Source: Nitrosopumilus sp.
GTDB taxonomy: Archaea; Thermoproteota; Nitrososphaeria; Nitrososphaerales; Nitrosopumilaceae
Assembly: GCA_965203315.1 (NCBI GenBank)
Contig: OZ241857.1
Span: 928,001-992,000, forward strand
Reading direction: 5' to 3'
Length of the DNA stretch: 64,000 bases
The notes under the pieces: generated by a model
Told to the model about the DNA's origin: nothing
Seen by the model: the letters and a program-made list of their open reading frames with translations, nothing else
Database searches by the model: none
Made by a program: the position numbers and the translations under genes
In this document: positions 19,701 to 29,030 of the stretch, one piece after another
Layout of the letters: every line of letters starts with the position of its first letter
Numbering within the stretch: the first letter of the stretch is position 1

Positions 19701-20553
19701 ACACCTCGTTGTCAAAGTATGTTGTGGTGTGATACTGTAATAGATCTACTAAATCTTGAACTATGAGTGGTGGAGTCCCTGCCTCTTTTGACTCTTTGAG
19801 TCGTTGGTTTACACGAATGATATCAACCATCTTGTGTGTCAGATCATCCTCTGAGCGGATACCGGTCTCGAGTATTATCGATGGTCTGACCGTTACAGGT
19901 GGGACAGGTAACACTTGAAGTATAAACCACTCTGGACGAGCCGTAGTGGGCTCATAGTTCAAGAGAGAGAGATCTTGATCTAGGATCTGTTCAAAGCGTT
20001 CTCGTATTGTAATTGGAAGTAGACGATGTTCGCCGATCTCGGTCTTTTCTATAAAGATGGTAGGCTTGATGAATATCAGATCATATTGAGCCTTGCCGCA
20101 GTGAGGACACTCTTTGGCCTTTTTGGCAGCATCAATGATCTCGTCAGGGATTTGTCTCTTTGATAGTACAGTGTATGCAGCATCTCTGGATTTGATGTCC
20201 TTGTATCTATCTAGATCTTCTTGAGGAACTTTGAGTCGTGCACAAGAACGACATGTAGACTGTAATAGTTTGTAGATATTGTCAATGAATGCAATGTGTA
20301 GTACTGGTTCGGCTAGTTCGATATGACCAAAGTGACCTGGGCAACGCGCAGCTGTATTTCCACATGTGAGACATTTTTGTCCTGGTTCTAGTGTACCTAG
20401 CCTGCCATCCATGAGTCCGCCTTGTACTGGAGCTCCATCCTCATCGTATGTCTCAGGTGCAGTGATCTCTGCTACCGAGTAACGTCGGATCTCATCTGGA
20501 GACCAGACAGAAAACTTGATGCCAGAGATGGACTTTACAGTTTGTAGCGACAT
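16768..20553 (-). CDS. rpoA: DNA-directed RNA polymerase subunit A (fused A'/A'')
   Basis: CPGHFGH, YNADFDGDEMN, GEPGTQMTLRTFH and VLARAAFE in one 1261-aa ORF. Confidence 0.98.
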   Translation of the reverse strand: MSLQTVKSISGIKFSVWSPDEIRRYSVAEITAPETYDEDGAPVQGGLMDGRLGTLEPGQKCLTCGNTAARCPGHFGHIELAEPVLHIAFIDNIYKLLQSTCRSCARLKVPQEDLDRYKDIKSRDAAYTVLSKRQIPDEIIDAAKKAKECPHCGKAQYDLIFIKPTIFIEKTEIGEHRLLPITIRERFEQILDQDLSLLNYEPTTARPEWFILQVLPVPPVTVRPSIILETGIRSEDDLTHKMVDIIRVNQRLKESKEAGTPPLIVQDLVDLLQYHTTTYFDNEVSGIPQAHHRSGRPLKTLTQRLKGKEGRFRGSLSGKRVDFSSRTVISPDPNLDLSEVGVPETVAMKLTIPEIVTEWNIKRMREFVINGPHTFPGVNYIVRPDGVKIRLDFVEDRSVIAETLEIGYHVERHLADGDIVMFNRQPSLHQMSIMAHYVKVLPGKTFRLHPSVCPPYNADFDGDEMNLHVPQSEEARAEAILLMRVQDQLISPRYGGPIIGALRDFVTGAYLLTKDGTVLSKLEFSNLAMLGGYTGTLPSPATKNKDGPAYTGKQLFSLFLPKDFNYTITSKWSKGTGGAQNDVVIKNGELISGVIDKTSIGAEEPESVLHRITKDYGNETGKKFLNSILIIVKQFITHYGFSYGYGDLEVPDKDKQKILDDIKDTYDTVSGFIREYDNGTLQAKPGMSPRETLEADILKELGMARDKAGSTANDSLDDNNAGKIMATTGARGSSLNVGQMAGALGQQSRRGDRLNEGFHNRVLSHFKEKDNSPDAHGFVKSNYREGLSTIEFFFHAMGGREGLVDTAVRTQQSGYMQRRLINALEHIRLEYDGTVRDPHGHIIQFLYGEDGIDVAKSDHGEAFNIHRLIESQKLIDSGDLATKEEIESLVKKYTKTFNPKLAETVRNALAKSKLSRDGVSAVCKKGLLLYNKAKVEPGQAVGIVTAQSLGEPGTQMTLRTFHFAGIKERNVTLGLPRLIELVDARKKPVTPTMDIHLKDEIKDSREDAINVAKNILQTKISDLKPHITTDSTNIKMAFDKRHLDQRSCTMADIEAALASNKKFKINILDNLLTLEFVEEYDPQTVITLRNKVKKTIVKGVSEVERIALVKRNQEWVIQTTGSNVKHALKVDGVDRKRVITNNVSEIVDTLGIEAARNALISELNTILRDQGLEVDNRYIMLVADLMCSRGSLMQIGRHGIAGKKDSVLARAAFEITVPTIAHAALGGETEELKGITENVIVGSNIPIGSGTVDLYMQVSKH

Positions 20554-23500
20554 TATATCTTCTCCTTTATCAAGAGTCTTGGTGCAACGTTGAGACTCTG
20601 CATCTCTTGTAGTAATAGTTTGAATGCATATGCAACAGATACAGATGATATCTTTGCTTTATCTCCACATACACGACATAGATACTTGCGTTGTTTAGCA
20701 TCATAGTATGCTACTAGACCACATCTCTCACATGCGTATACATCAGATTTGTCAGACTCGTCCAAGAGTCTGTCTTTTAATATCATCGAGGCACCGTACG
20801 CAATGAGACAGTCTCGCTCCATCTCACCAAATCGTAGACCACCACCACGTGCTCGTCCTTCAGTAGGTTGTTTTGTGAGCATCTGAACTTGACCACGTGC
20901 TCTAGCATGAATCTTGTCAGCTACCATATGATGCAGTTTCTGATAATATACCACACCTATAAAGACCTCTACTGGGAACGGTTTGCCGGTTCGACCATCA
21001 TACATCATCTCTTTACCAGAGTACTCGAATCCATGAGCATCCATGACTTTACGAACTATGTCCATCTTTTCACCAACAAATGCAGAACCATCGAATCTAG
21101 AGCCACGTAGAGCTGCTGCCTTACCACAAATAGACTCCATCATCATTCCAACCGTCATTCTAGATGGAAATGCGTGTGGGTTGATCAAGACATCAGGTGA
21201 GATGCCACTAGCTGTATACGGAAGATCTTCGTTCTTGGCCAACATACCCAAGACACCCTTTTGTCCGTGACGTGATGCAAATTTATCACCTATCTCTGGT
21301 ACGCGCATATCTCGAACTCGTATCTTGTACATCTTGCCACCCTCACTCGACTGGGTCATGACAACCGTATCAACCACACCAGATTCAGATGGTCTAACTC
21401 CTATCGAGGTGTCACGTCTGTATGGACCTCCAGTAGGCTCAAACTCGCGATACTCTTCCATAAATCGTGGCGGGCTAGTCTTGCCGATCAGAATGTCGCC
21501 ACCTTTGACGACTGCCTCTGCAGCTATTACGCCGTCCTCTTCTAATAGCCTATATGCTCGCTCGCCCTTGTATCCACGAATATTACTATCTGCGTTTGGT
21601 ATTACAAAGTCGTCACGAGCGCCACCAGGATATTGCTTGGACTCGGCATCATATATGCGAAAGAAGAATGTACGTCCAAGACCGCGATCAACTGCTGCTT
21701 GACTTAATACAATTGCGTCCTCGATATTGTATCCATCAAATGGCAGTACAGCAACCACACAGTTTTGTCCAGCAGGTCGATCCTCTAGTCCCAAGAGACC
21801 CATAGCTTTTGTGTTAACTATAGGAGTTTGAGGATACAGCATAAAGTGTTGTCTAACATAGGTACTGGTATTCATCATCGGTGTAGAGAATCCAAGACTC
21901 TGTTTGGCCATTGCAGACTCGTATGTATTTCGAGGAGACTGGTTGTGTTCAGGATATGGAATGATCGATGCGCCAGCACCAAGTATAGCGGGTGGGAATA
22001 CCTCAAGATGTGTATATCCACGTGTGACTTTGTCGTCCAGAGTCACATGACAGTTCTCTTCTTCGTTGGCATCGATCAACTCGAGTACACCCATTCGCAA
22101 GAGATCATGCCAAGCCAAGACCTTTTGTGATATCTTTACCAACATATCTGAACTGAGTAGAGATTTGTTGTCTTTGATCCGTATCAGAGGTCGGAGCACA
22201 CGACCAGCGTTGCAGTTTACGTATAGTCGCCTAGTAGACTCTTTCGTATCAGATTCATGAAAAGACACTCCCACATGTGCGTTAATCTTGGCGCTGCGTC
22301 TCTGATCACGTAGTCTCTCTGCAAGTTCTTGGCCATCTTGATGATAACCTATCAGACGACCGTCGACAAATATACGAGCTCCTTTCTCTTTGAGTTCATC
22401 TGTGAGTTTCTCTTCGTCAAGAAAGTAAACTGTTCCTAGATCGTACAGTTTCTCGACTATCTCTTCTGAGGGTACGTTCACAGATATAATACCAGACAAT
22501 GCAATGTTCTTTACTAGACCACAGTTGGATCCCTCTGGCGTCTCACTTGGACATATACGTCCAAAGTGAGTTGCGTGAAGGTCTCGTGCCTCAAAGTTTG
22601 GTTGAGTTCGACTTAGTGGTGATTGTATCCTTCTCAGGTGAGAGATTGTAGATAGATAGTTTGTACGATCCAATAGTTGTGTGACACCCACACGACCACG
22701 ACCCCAGTTACCAGTAGCTATTGCGTTGTTTAGTTTATCAGATATGATTCCTGGTCGTATTGCTGCAGATACAGCAGGCAGTCCCCGTTTTTGGCCTGTA
22801 CGTTCTAGTTGATACTTCATGTCTCGTACGAGGTTTCTAAATGCCGTTCTAAAGAGATCAGCCAACATCTGACCTGCAAACTTTATCACCTTATTTCCAT
22901 AGTGGTCTTTATCGTCAGGATCGATCCATCCTAGTTTCAGCTCTAACAGTTTACATGTGGCTTCGCCAAGAAACTGTGCCTTTACCTTTCGGTCCTCTGA
23001 ACGTTTACCTAGATGTGGCAACAGACTCCAGTCTAGGAGAGTCTCTGCACGTTTTATCTGAAACTCTTCCAACATTCCTGGTGCGATACGTTTGCTGATG
23101 TACACTAGAGCGTCTTTAGAGGTTGACACATCACTGGTCTTGTCGAAAGAGTCGTCAAGCTCATCTTGGATCTTTCCAACTAGAGAGACAGCAGATGCGA
23201 TATCTCGATCAGACTCTAGACCCAGAGCACGCATCAATGTAATAGCAGGTATAGCGACCGGCGAACCTGGAATGTTTGCTGTGATCAGTCCATCGTTCTT
23301 CATGACTAGTTCAAGTTTTGCGCGGTATCCAACTATCGAAGAGTATACCTTGGCCTTGTAGACGGGATTGTTGCTAACCATCTCTTTATCTACAATTATC
23401 TTGTTGTACGAGAGATCTTCCAATCCAACTATTACTCGTTCTGAACCGTTGATGATAAAGTAACCACCAGGATCATTTGGATCTTCACCGTGTTCGATTA

Positions 23501-23909
23501 ATTTTTGATTCGAAAAGTTGTTCAACATACATGCCTTTGATTTTATCATAACTGGAATATCGCCTATACGGACAGACTTGGACTCGAGTACCTTGCCATC
23601 CTCTATAACGCTTATATCCATATTTACTGGGGCAGAGTAGGAGACGTTTCTCAACCTAGCTTCAGCTGGAGTTATTTGGGTAATAGAACCGTCTAGTTCC
23701 ATCATTACCGGTTTACCAAGTTTTGCTTTACCTAGGTGAATCTTGTACGGATACTCGGCGTTCTCGATCTCTATCTGTCCTGCTTCATTTATGATATCTT
23801 GGAGACCTCGATCTAGAAACTCGTCAAAAGAGTTCAAGTGTTGGCGTGCTATGCCTTCACGTTTTAGGATATCTTGTATTATAGGCCATCGTACCGTAGG
23901 ATCAGACAT
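20553..23909 (-). CDS. rpoB: DNA-directed RNA polymerase subunit B
   Basis: GGYFIINGSERV, GDKFASRHGQKG, GGLRFGEMERD; start placed at ATG 23909 (MSDPTVRW). Confidence 0.98.
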   Translation of the reverse strand: MSDPTVRWPIIQDILKREGIARQHLNSFDEFLDRGLQDIINEAGQIEIENAEYPYKIHLGKAKLGKPVMMELDGSITQITPAEARLRNVSYSAPVNMDISVIEDGKVLESKSVRIGDIPVMIKSKACMLNNFSNQKLIEHGEDPNDPGGYFIINGSERVIVGLEDLSYNKIIVDKEMVSNNPVYKAKVYSSIVGYRAKLELVMKNDGLITANIPGSPVAIPAITLMRALGLESDRDIASAVSLVGKIQDELDDSFDKTSDVSTSKDALVYISKRIAPGMLEEFQIKRAETLLDWSLLPHLGKRSEDRKVKAQFLGEATCKLLELKLGWIDPDDKDHYGNKVIKFAGQMLADLFRTAFRNLVRDMKYQLERTGQKRGLPAVSAAIRPGIISDKLNNAIATGNWGRGRVGVTQLLDRTNYLSTISHLRRIQSPLSRTQPNFEARDLHATHFGRICPSETPEGSNCGLVKNIALSGIISVNVPSEEIVEKLYDLGTVYFLDEEKLTDELKEKGARIFVDGRLIGYHQDGQELAERLRDQRRSAKINAHVGVSFHESDTKESTRRLYVNCNAGRVLRPLIRIKDNKSLLSSDMLVKISQKVLAWHDLLRMGVLELIDANEEENCHVTLDDKVTRGYTHLEVFPPAILGAGASIIPYPEHNQSPRNTYESAMAKQSLGFSTPMMNTSTYVRQHFMLYPQTPIVNTKAMGLLGLEDRPAGQNCVVAVLPFDGYNIEDAIVLSQAAVDRGLGRTFFFRIYDAESKQYPGGARDDFVIPNADSNIRGYKGERAYRLLEEDGVIAAEAVVKGGDILIGKTSPPRFMEEYREFEPTGGPYRRDTSIGVRPSESGVVDTVVMTQSSEGGKMYKIRVRDMRVPEIGDKFASRHGQKGVLGMLAKNEDLPYTASGISPDVLINPHAFPSRMTVGMMMESICGKAAALRGSRFDGSAFVGEKMDIVRKVMDAHGFEYSGKEMMYDGRTGKPFPVEVFIGVVYYQKLHHMVADKIHARARGQVQMLTKQPTEGRARGGGLRFGEMERDCLIAYGASMILKDRLLDESDKSDVYACERCGLVAYYDAKQRKYLCRVCGDKAKISSVSVAYAFKLLLQEMQSLNVAPRLLIKEKI

Positions 23910-23914
23910 TATTT

Positions 23915-24021
23915 CTCCACCACATACCCATAGTAGCTCGTACCAGCTACCATTACTGGACCATACTTCAAGGCTTCTTCGGCTCCTCCACCACATACCT
24001 ATAGTAGTAGCTCGTACCAGC
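23915..24021. repeat. 36-bp direct repeat of the rpoH 3' end around a 38-bp unique insert
   Basis: CTCCACCACATACCTATAGTAGTAGCTCGTACCAGC (23986-24021) vs CTCCACCACATACCCATAGTAGCTCGTACCAGC (23915-23947; one substitution and a 3-bp deletion). Confidence 0.9.
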
Positions 24022-24231
24022 AGTAGGGCTATCTCTAGTGATCTTTATCATATCACCTGGTTTGACACCAAGTGTCACGATTGCTGGATCGGTACTAAAG
24101 ATTAATGGTAACTCTGTGGGCTTGCAGTTGTACTTTATCAAGATCTCTTCAGCCTCACCTTTGGTGATTATCTCGTGTTTGGGAACATAATAGTGATCTG
24201 GTACATATATCTGATCCTTCTTTATCGCCAT
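23968..24231 (-). CDS. rpoH: DNA-directed RNA polymerase subunit H (Rpo5)
   Basis: HYYVPKHEI, LPLIFSTDP, KPGDMIKITRDSPTAG...YYRYVV. Confidence 0.96.
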   Translation of the reverse strand: MAIKKDQIYVPDHYYVPKHEIITKGEAEEILIKYNCKPTELPLIFSTDPAIVTLGVKPGDMIKITRDSPTAGTSYYYRYVVEEPKKP

Positions 24232-24408
24232 CTAGATCACCTTCACCATACTCGACGTTAGGTGTTGAAAAAATATACACAAACTGTCCATTTTGCAAAT
24301 TGAGGTCAATATATATGTAATCTGAGACATTTAGTTGTGTTTATTTTTTGTATTTTGTCAAAAAAATTTTTCACAACCTTAAATAGTAGAATTTAGAGCC
24401 TAAAAACA

Positions 24409-25227
24409 ATGAAGACTCATCTATCGGTGTTTGCCATGACGGCAATTTTGATTGTAGGGATTGGTACTGCACCAGCATTTGGACAGATAGTAGCGGGAGC
24501 GATCGATGTCTCTACAGATAAAGAGTCGTATACAACAGGCGACACTATTGTTGTGAGTGGAACTATACGAGACGATCTTGGTACAGATATAACGATGAGG
24601 ATTATTGCACCTAACGGAAACGTTGTTGCTGTACAGCAGATCACACCAAAAGTAGACAAGACATATGAGACAGAGGTTGTGATAGGCGGTATCTTCAAGT
24701 TTACTGGAGAATACACTGTAAGGGTAACATATGCAAGTGAAAACCGTGTGGCCGCGTCTATGTTCAACGTAGAGGTAAAAGCCATGGAAGAACCAACTGT
24801 TCCTGTAGTCGATATTGAGACTTGGGAGATAGAAGGTACAGATGATCTCATACAGTATAGTATTACTGGTGGAACAGTGAAGAGTATTGTTCCTGATCCA
24901 GAATCAATGTCTCTGCGCATAATGATTGAAGCAACAGATGATGGAACGTTGACCATAACCATACCACGGACCATACTAGAAGCAGATGAAAAAGGAGTAT
25001 TCATCCTAGTTGATGATGAAGAGATGAACGACTTTGGTATAGATACAACTGATGAATATCGAAAGATCACAATCGACTTCCCACAAGGAACAGAGATGAT
25101 TGTGATAATCGGTACTTGGGTAATTCCTGAATTTGGTGTAATTGCAGCAATGATTCTTGCAATAGCAATCATATCTGTAATCGCAATCTCTGCAAGATCA
25201 CGACTTAGCATTATCCCACGATACTAA
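24409..25227 (+). CDS. PEFG-CTERM sorting domain surface protein
   Basis: Signal peptide, TDKESY..GD Ig-like start, C-terminal VIPEFG + transmembrane helix + ARSR basic tail. Confidence 0.9.
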   Translation: MKTHLSVFAMTAILIVGIGTAPAFGQIVAGAIDVSTDKESYTTGDTIVVSGTIRDDLGTDITMRIIAPNGNVVAVQQITPKVDKTYETEVVIGGIFKFTGEYTVRVTYASENRVAASMFNVEVKAMEEPTVPVVDIETWEIEGTDDLIQYSITGGTVKSIVPDPESMSLRIMIEATDDGTLTITIPRTILEADEKGVFILVDDEEMNDFGIDTTDEYRKITIDFPQGTEMIVIIGTWVIPEFGVIAAMILAIAIISVIAISARSRLSIIPRY

Positions 25228-25235
25228 GTTTCAAC

Positions 25236-25258
25236 TTTTTTTTCATTCTTTTTGTTTT
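25236..25258 (+). terminator. Oligo-T tract, putative archaeal terminator
   Basis: TTTTTTTTCATTCTTTTTGTTTT immediately after the stop codon of 24409-25227. Confidence 0.55.
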
Positions 25259-25447
25259 GGTACTATGCGTTCGTCACAACACATGTCAACTCAAGTATAT
25301 CGAATTGCCTAAAATCGAGATAGTACTAACTCATCTAGTTTGAGAGTGGGATCGTGATAGTTTTTGAAATTCGTATTGGATGGTTGCATCTGTCACATTG
25401 GGGTTTCAAAATGTACGCTATAATATGTAACATAGAATTTGGCAAGA

Positions 25448-25825
25448 TCACAGCTTTTCGCGAAGGGTCTTGTCAATGCTTTGAAGAGTTATTGCAATTG
25501 TATCTAATTTGTTATCAATTGTATCTAATTTGTTATCAATAGATTCAAGCTTGTCATCAATTGTGTCTAGTTTGTTGTCAACAGATCCAAGCTTGTCCAA
25601 GATCATTCTATTAGTGACTTTGAGATCGTCTATGCCATGGTATATCTTTTCTGAAATCTGTTTTGTGGCATACATCATATACAATCCTACACTACCACTA
25701 CTCATAAGTGCTACCCCTGTAGCTGTGAGATTAAAATCAAATGGCGATGTTTCAAACAATTCCAGAGATGCCATTGTAGCACCTACAACAAACAAGATAG
25801 ACAGACCAACTCGTTTGACAATCAA
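25448..25825 (-). CDS. Membrane-anchored heptad-repeat (coiled-coil) hypothetical protein
   Basis: Two hydrophobic segments followed by DNKLDTI-type repeats encoded by 21-bp tandem units (about 25495-25597). Confidence 0.65.
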   Translation of the reverse strand: MIVKRVGLSILFVVGATMASLELFETSPFDFNLTATGVALMSSGSVGLYMMYATKQISEKIYHGIDDLKVTNRMILDKLGSVDNKLDTIDDKLESIDNKLDTIDNKLDTIAITLQSIDKTLREKL

Positions 25826-26012
25826 TACAATTCACATTCAAGCAACTTTCCATACTCCGAGACTGACTTTAAAAGCTTTGGTTATCAGCGATATCTAGAT
25901 CGAATTAAATATTTAGTAATATGCATATCGATATGCTCGCTGCAGAGTAACGTGTAATTGCTGTAATCAATAATTTTAGCATCATGTTAGAGTCGGTACT
26001 AGTTGTATCAGA

Positions 26013-26130
26013 GGATCTTTACGGTTTACTTTGGATGGAATTGTTACGTAAAAAACACTACAAGATTCTATAAGAGAAAATTAGGAAAAAAGCCTTGCGA
26101 AAAGTCATCCCATGTAAATCAAAGAGATCC
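26013..26130 (-). mobile_element. MITE, GGATC-ended family, copy 3
   Basis: GGATCTTTACGGTTTAC...GTAAATCAAAGAGATCC. Confidence 0.8.
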
Positions 26131-26198
26131 GTATAGCGAAATTGCAGAATCGCCAAAAAATATACACACATAAATAACAATAATCTAGCACAAACAGA

Positions 26199-27038
26199 AT
26201 GAACGTCTGGTCGATCGTAGCAATGTTGGTTGCTATATCACTGATCTCAGTAGGGGTAGTTCAGCAGACCACCTTTGCTCAAGAAGCTGGAATGGCTATG
26301 CGAGCCACATCTGATGAAGGATCAGATACCATCTCAATAATGGGCAAGACGTTCTTGAGAACTACAGACATTGCATTCAAAGTCACAGCGCCTAATGGTG
26401 TCAATGTTGTAGAAATTGGACAAGTATCTCCAGATACAAACGGAGAGTTTGCTCTAGATATCAAGACCAATTTGTGGAAACAGTCTGGCTATTATACAGT
26501 TCTCGCAAGGCAGGACAATTCTGCATTTCATACTCTAAAACTAGAAGTCGAAGTGATCGATGGCATCACGAGACAGACAGATGAGCGAGCAACCAATCTA
26601 TCTACAGATATCTTTGCAGACGCAGACATACTAGAGGAGATGGGATTAGAACTCTATCCGATAATGGTAGAGGTTGGAACTACAGAGTTTGAGGTTATGG
26701 GGAGAACTGACAGGGTCGAACAAGATGTAACAATCATAATTACATCACCAGGATTTGGAAATAGAGTCACAGCTGCTCAAGTTGTCCCAGATCAAGATGG
26801 AGAGTTTGTTGCAAACATATCTGTAAAAGGACCATTATGGAAAGAGGATGGCAACTATACGGTAACTGCACAACAGGGCTCAGACCCAGAGTATACTGAC
26901 TCGACTCAGATAGAGATACTAGATGGCGTAATAGTTCCAGAGTTTGGTGCCATTGCAATGCTGATACTAGCTGTTGCAATCATCTCGATGATTATAGTAT
27001 CCGCAAGATCTAGACTTGGTATCATTCCAAAATACTAG
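26199..27038 (+). CDS. PEFG-CTERM sorting domain surface protein (two Ig-like repeats)
   Basis: Signal peptide, two QV.PD..GEF...W...G.YTV repeats, IVPEFG + TM + ARSR. Confidence 0.9.
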   Translation: MNVWSIVAMLVAISLISVGVVQQTTFAQEAGMAMRATSDEGSDTISIMGKTFLRTTDIAFKVTAPNGVNVVEIGQVSPDTNGEFALDIKTNLWKQSGYYTVLARQDNSAFHTLKLEVEVIDGITRQTDERATNLSTDIFADADILEEMGLELYPIMVEVGTTEFEVMGRTDRVEQDVTIIITSPGFGNRVTAAQVVPDQDGEFVANISVKGPLWKEDGNYTVTAQQGSDPEYTDSTQIEILDGVIVPEFGAIAMLILAVAIISMIIVSARSRLGIIPKY

Positions 27039-27091
27039 ATAATTTTTAGAAAGGGAAACATAAAAAGATAGACTAGTCATTATTGCAGTAT

Positions 27092-27898
27092 ATGAAACTT
27101 GGAATAATCTGTATGATACTAGCAGTATCAGTAACAGTCGCATCAGCACAAGAGTCGACAGTAACGATAGATACTAATACGGATACTTATCTAAGAGGCG
27201 ATACGATCATTGTATTTGGAAATGTCTCAACGATCTTGCAAGGAACAGCTGTTGTGATTCAGATCAGTCATCAGGGCGCAATAATCGATGTTGCGCAGGT
27301 TGATGTGGCAGATGTTGGTTCCTTCTTTAAGACGTTCATTGCAGGTTGTTTAGAGTGTCCAAACGATAAATGGGTAAATGTTGGTACATATGATATCAAA
27401 GCATCATATGGAGAAGGAAATGTTGTAGAGACACAGATAGAGTACATCAAAGAGATCCCAATAATAGAGAATAGTGACAATATTGAAGTAGATGCAGGCA
27501 GTCATGGAACATTCGATGTTGGATACGAGATGACTGGAGGAGATGTAATAGCTATCAGAGTCGATATGGATATTTTAGGACTGGTAGTAGACATAGATGC
27601 AAAAGAGTCTGGAAGTGTAACCTTGGAGATGCCAAGAGACTATATCGGCGCACAAGAGGGCGATGATGATATTGACTTTATTGTACTGATCGACGACAAT
27701 CCAATAGATCATATAGAAAGTGAAGGTGTCAACACTAGAAAGGTTACGATGGATACGATACCCGGCAACTCACAGATCAAGATAATCGGCACATATGTGG
27801 TACCAGAGTTTGGAACTATACTGTTCATTATGGTAGTTGCTATTGGCAGTTTGGTTGCTATGCGATATCTGCCTATGCAAAAGAGTATTTCTCTTTGA
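27092..27898 (+). CDS. PEFG-CTERM sorting domain surface protein
   Basis: Signal peptide MKLGII, VVPEFG + TM; 3' end overlaps the iscS stop region. Confidence 0.88.
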   Translation: MKLGIICMILAVSVTVASAQESTVTIDTNTDTYLRGDTIIVFGNVSTILQGTAVVIQISHQGAIIDVAQVDVADVGSFFKTFIAGCLECPNDKWVNVGTYDIKASYGEGNVVETQIEYIKEIPIIENSDNIEVDAGSHGTFDVGYEMTGGDVIAIRVDMDILGLVVDIDAKESGSVTLEMPRDYIGAQEGDDDIDFIVLIDDNPIDHIESEGVNTRKVTMDTIPGNSQIKIIGTYVVPEFGTILFIMVVAIGSLVAMRYLPMQKSISL

Positions 27899-29030
27899 GT
27901 GGCGAGACCGCACGTAACTCTTGTACAACTCGTTTCAATGTATCGACTGTGCGATGGATCTCAGATATGGTGTTCTGTACTCCGATCGATATACGTAGTG
28001 AACCAGTTATCTGTTCATGCGATAGTCCCATCGCAGATAGAACATGAGACTCTCTCTGCGTGTATACGGAACATGCAGAACCTGTAGATGCCGCAATCCC
28101 ATTTTCGTCTAACTTGATCAATAGGTCTTCACCTGAAACACCAAGGAATGTAAAGTGTACATTGTTTGGTAGCCTAGAGTCTAGATCGCCGTTGATGTAC
28201 ACATATGGGATCTCGGAGGTGACCCGTTGTATCAGTGTGTCATGTAGTCTTTTGAATAGCGTTACGTTAGAGTTGAGATTATCCCTCGCGATCTCACACG
28301 CTTTGCCAAACCCAACAATGCTAGCAACATTCTCTGTACCAGAACGCATTCCACTCTCTTGACCACCACCCAATATGAGAGGAGATATATCGATACCGTC
28401 TCGTATGTATAAAGCACCAACTCCTTTGGGACCATTGATCTTGTGAGATGATATCGACAAGAGATCTAGATCTAGTTTTACAACATCTATCGGTACCTTA
28501 CCTACAGCTTGGACGGCATCTGTATGAAATAGGATATCATGTTTACGACATGTGGCAGCTAGTTTTGCGATATCTTGTATGGTACCTACCTCGTTGTTTG
28601 CAAACATTATCGATACAAGTTTAGTATTTGGTCTGATGTGATCTACAAGCGAGTCCAGAGTTATCATACCGGTACTGGTCACAGGTAAATATGACACTTG
28701 ATATCCCTGTGACTCTAATAGTTTGCATGGCTCCAAGACAGCATCATGTTCGATCGAAGAGACCACAACATGACAGTCAGGATACTGGTCAACTATACGC
28801 AATGCAGTATTATTTGACTCTGTTCCACCAGAGGTGAATACGATTGTATTTGGATCTGCGTTGATCAGAGATGCGATTTGTCGCCTCGCATATTCTACAG
28901 CTCTCTTGGACTGTCTGCCGTATCTATGGATCGATGATGGATTTCCATACTGCTCTCGCAGAAAAGGCAGCATTGCAGCTAGTACGTCATCATGTATTAT
29001 GCTAGATGCCGCATTGTCTAGATAGATCAA
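27873..29030 (-). CDS. iscS: Cysteine desulfurase (IscS/NifS family)
   Basis: IYLDNAAS, FTSGGTESNN, HTDAVQA, SSHKINGPKG, STGSAC. Confidence 0.93.
   Translation of the reverse strand: MIYLDNAASSIIHDDVLAAMLPFLREQYGNPSSIHRYGRQSKRAVEYARRQIASLINADPNTIVFTSGGTESNNTALRIVDQYPDCHVVVSSIEHDAVLEPCKLLESQGYQVSYLPVTSTGMITLDSLVDHIRPNTKLVSIMFANNEVGTIQDIAKLAATCRKHDILFHTDAVQAVGKVPIDVVKLDLDLLSISSHKINGPKGVGALYIRDGIDISPLILGGGQESGMRSGTENVASIVGFGKACEIARDNLNSNVTLFKRLHDTLIQRVTSEIPYVYINGDLDSRLPNNVHFTFLGVSGEDLLIKLDENGIAASTGSACSVYTQRESHVLSAMGLSHEQITGSLRISIGVQNTISEIHRTVDTLKRVVQELRAVSPLKEKYSFA

Noticed and set aside
23910-23996. 29-aa N-terminal extension of RpoB in the ORF track (MWWRSRR...)
   Set aside because: It arises from an open frame through the rpoH duplication; homology and the TAATG overlap point to ATG 23909.
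24417-25211. 264-aa antisense ORF, and many other antisense ORFs over rpo, lar, glmS and ribosomal genes
   Set aside because: Shadow frames of well-supported genes with no independent motifs.
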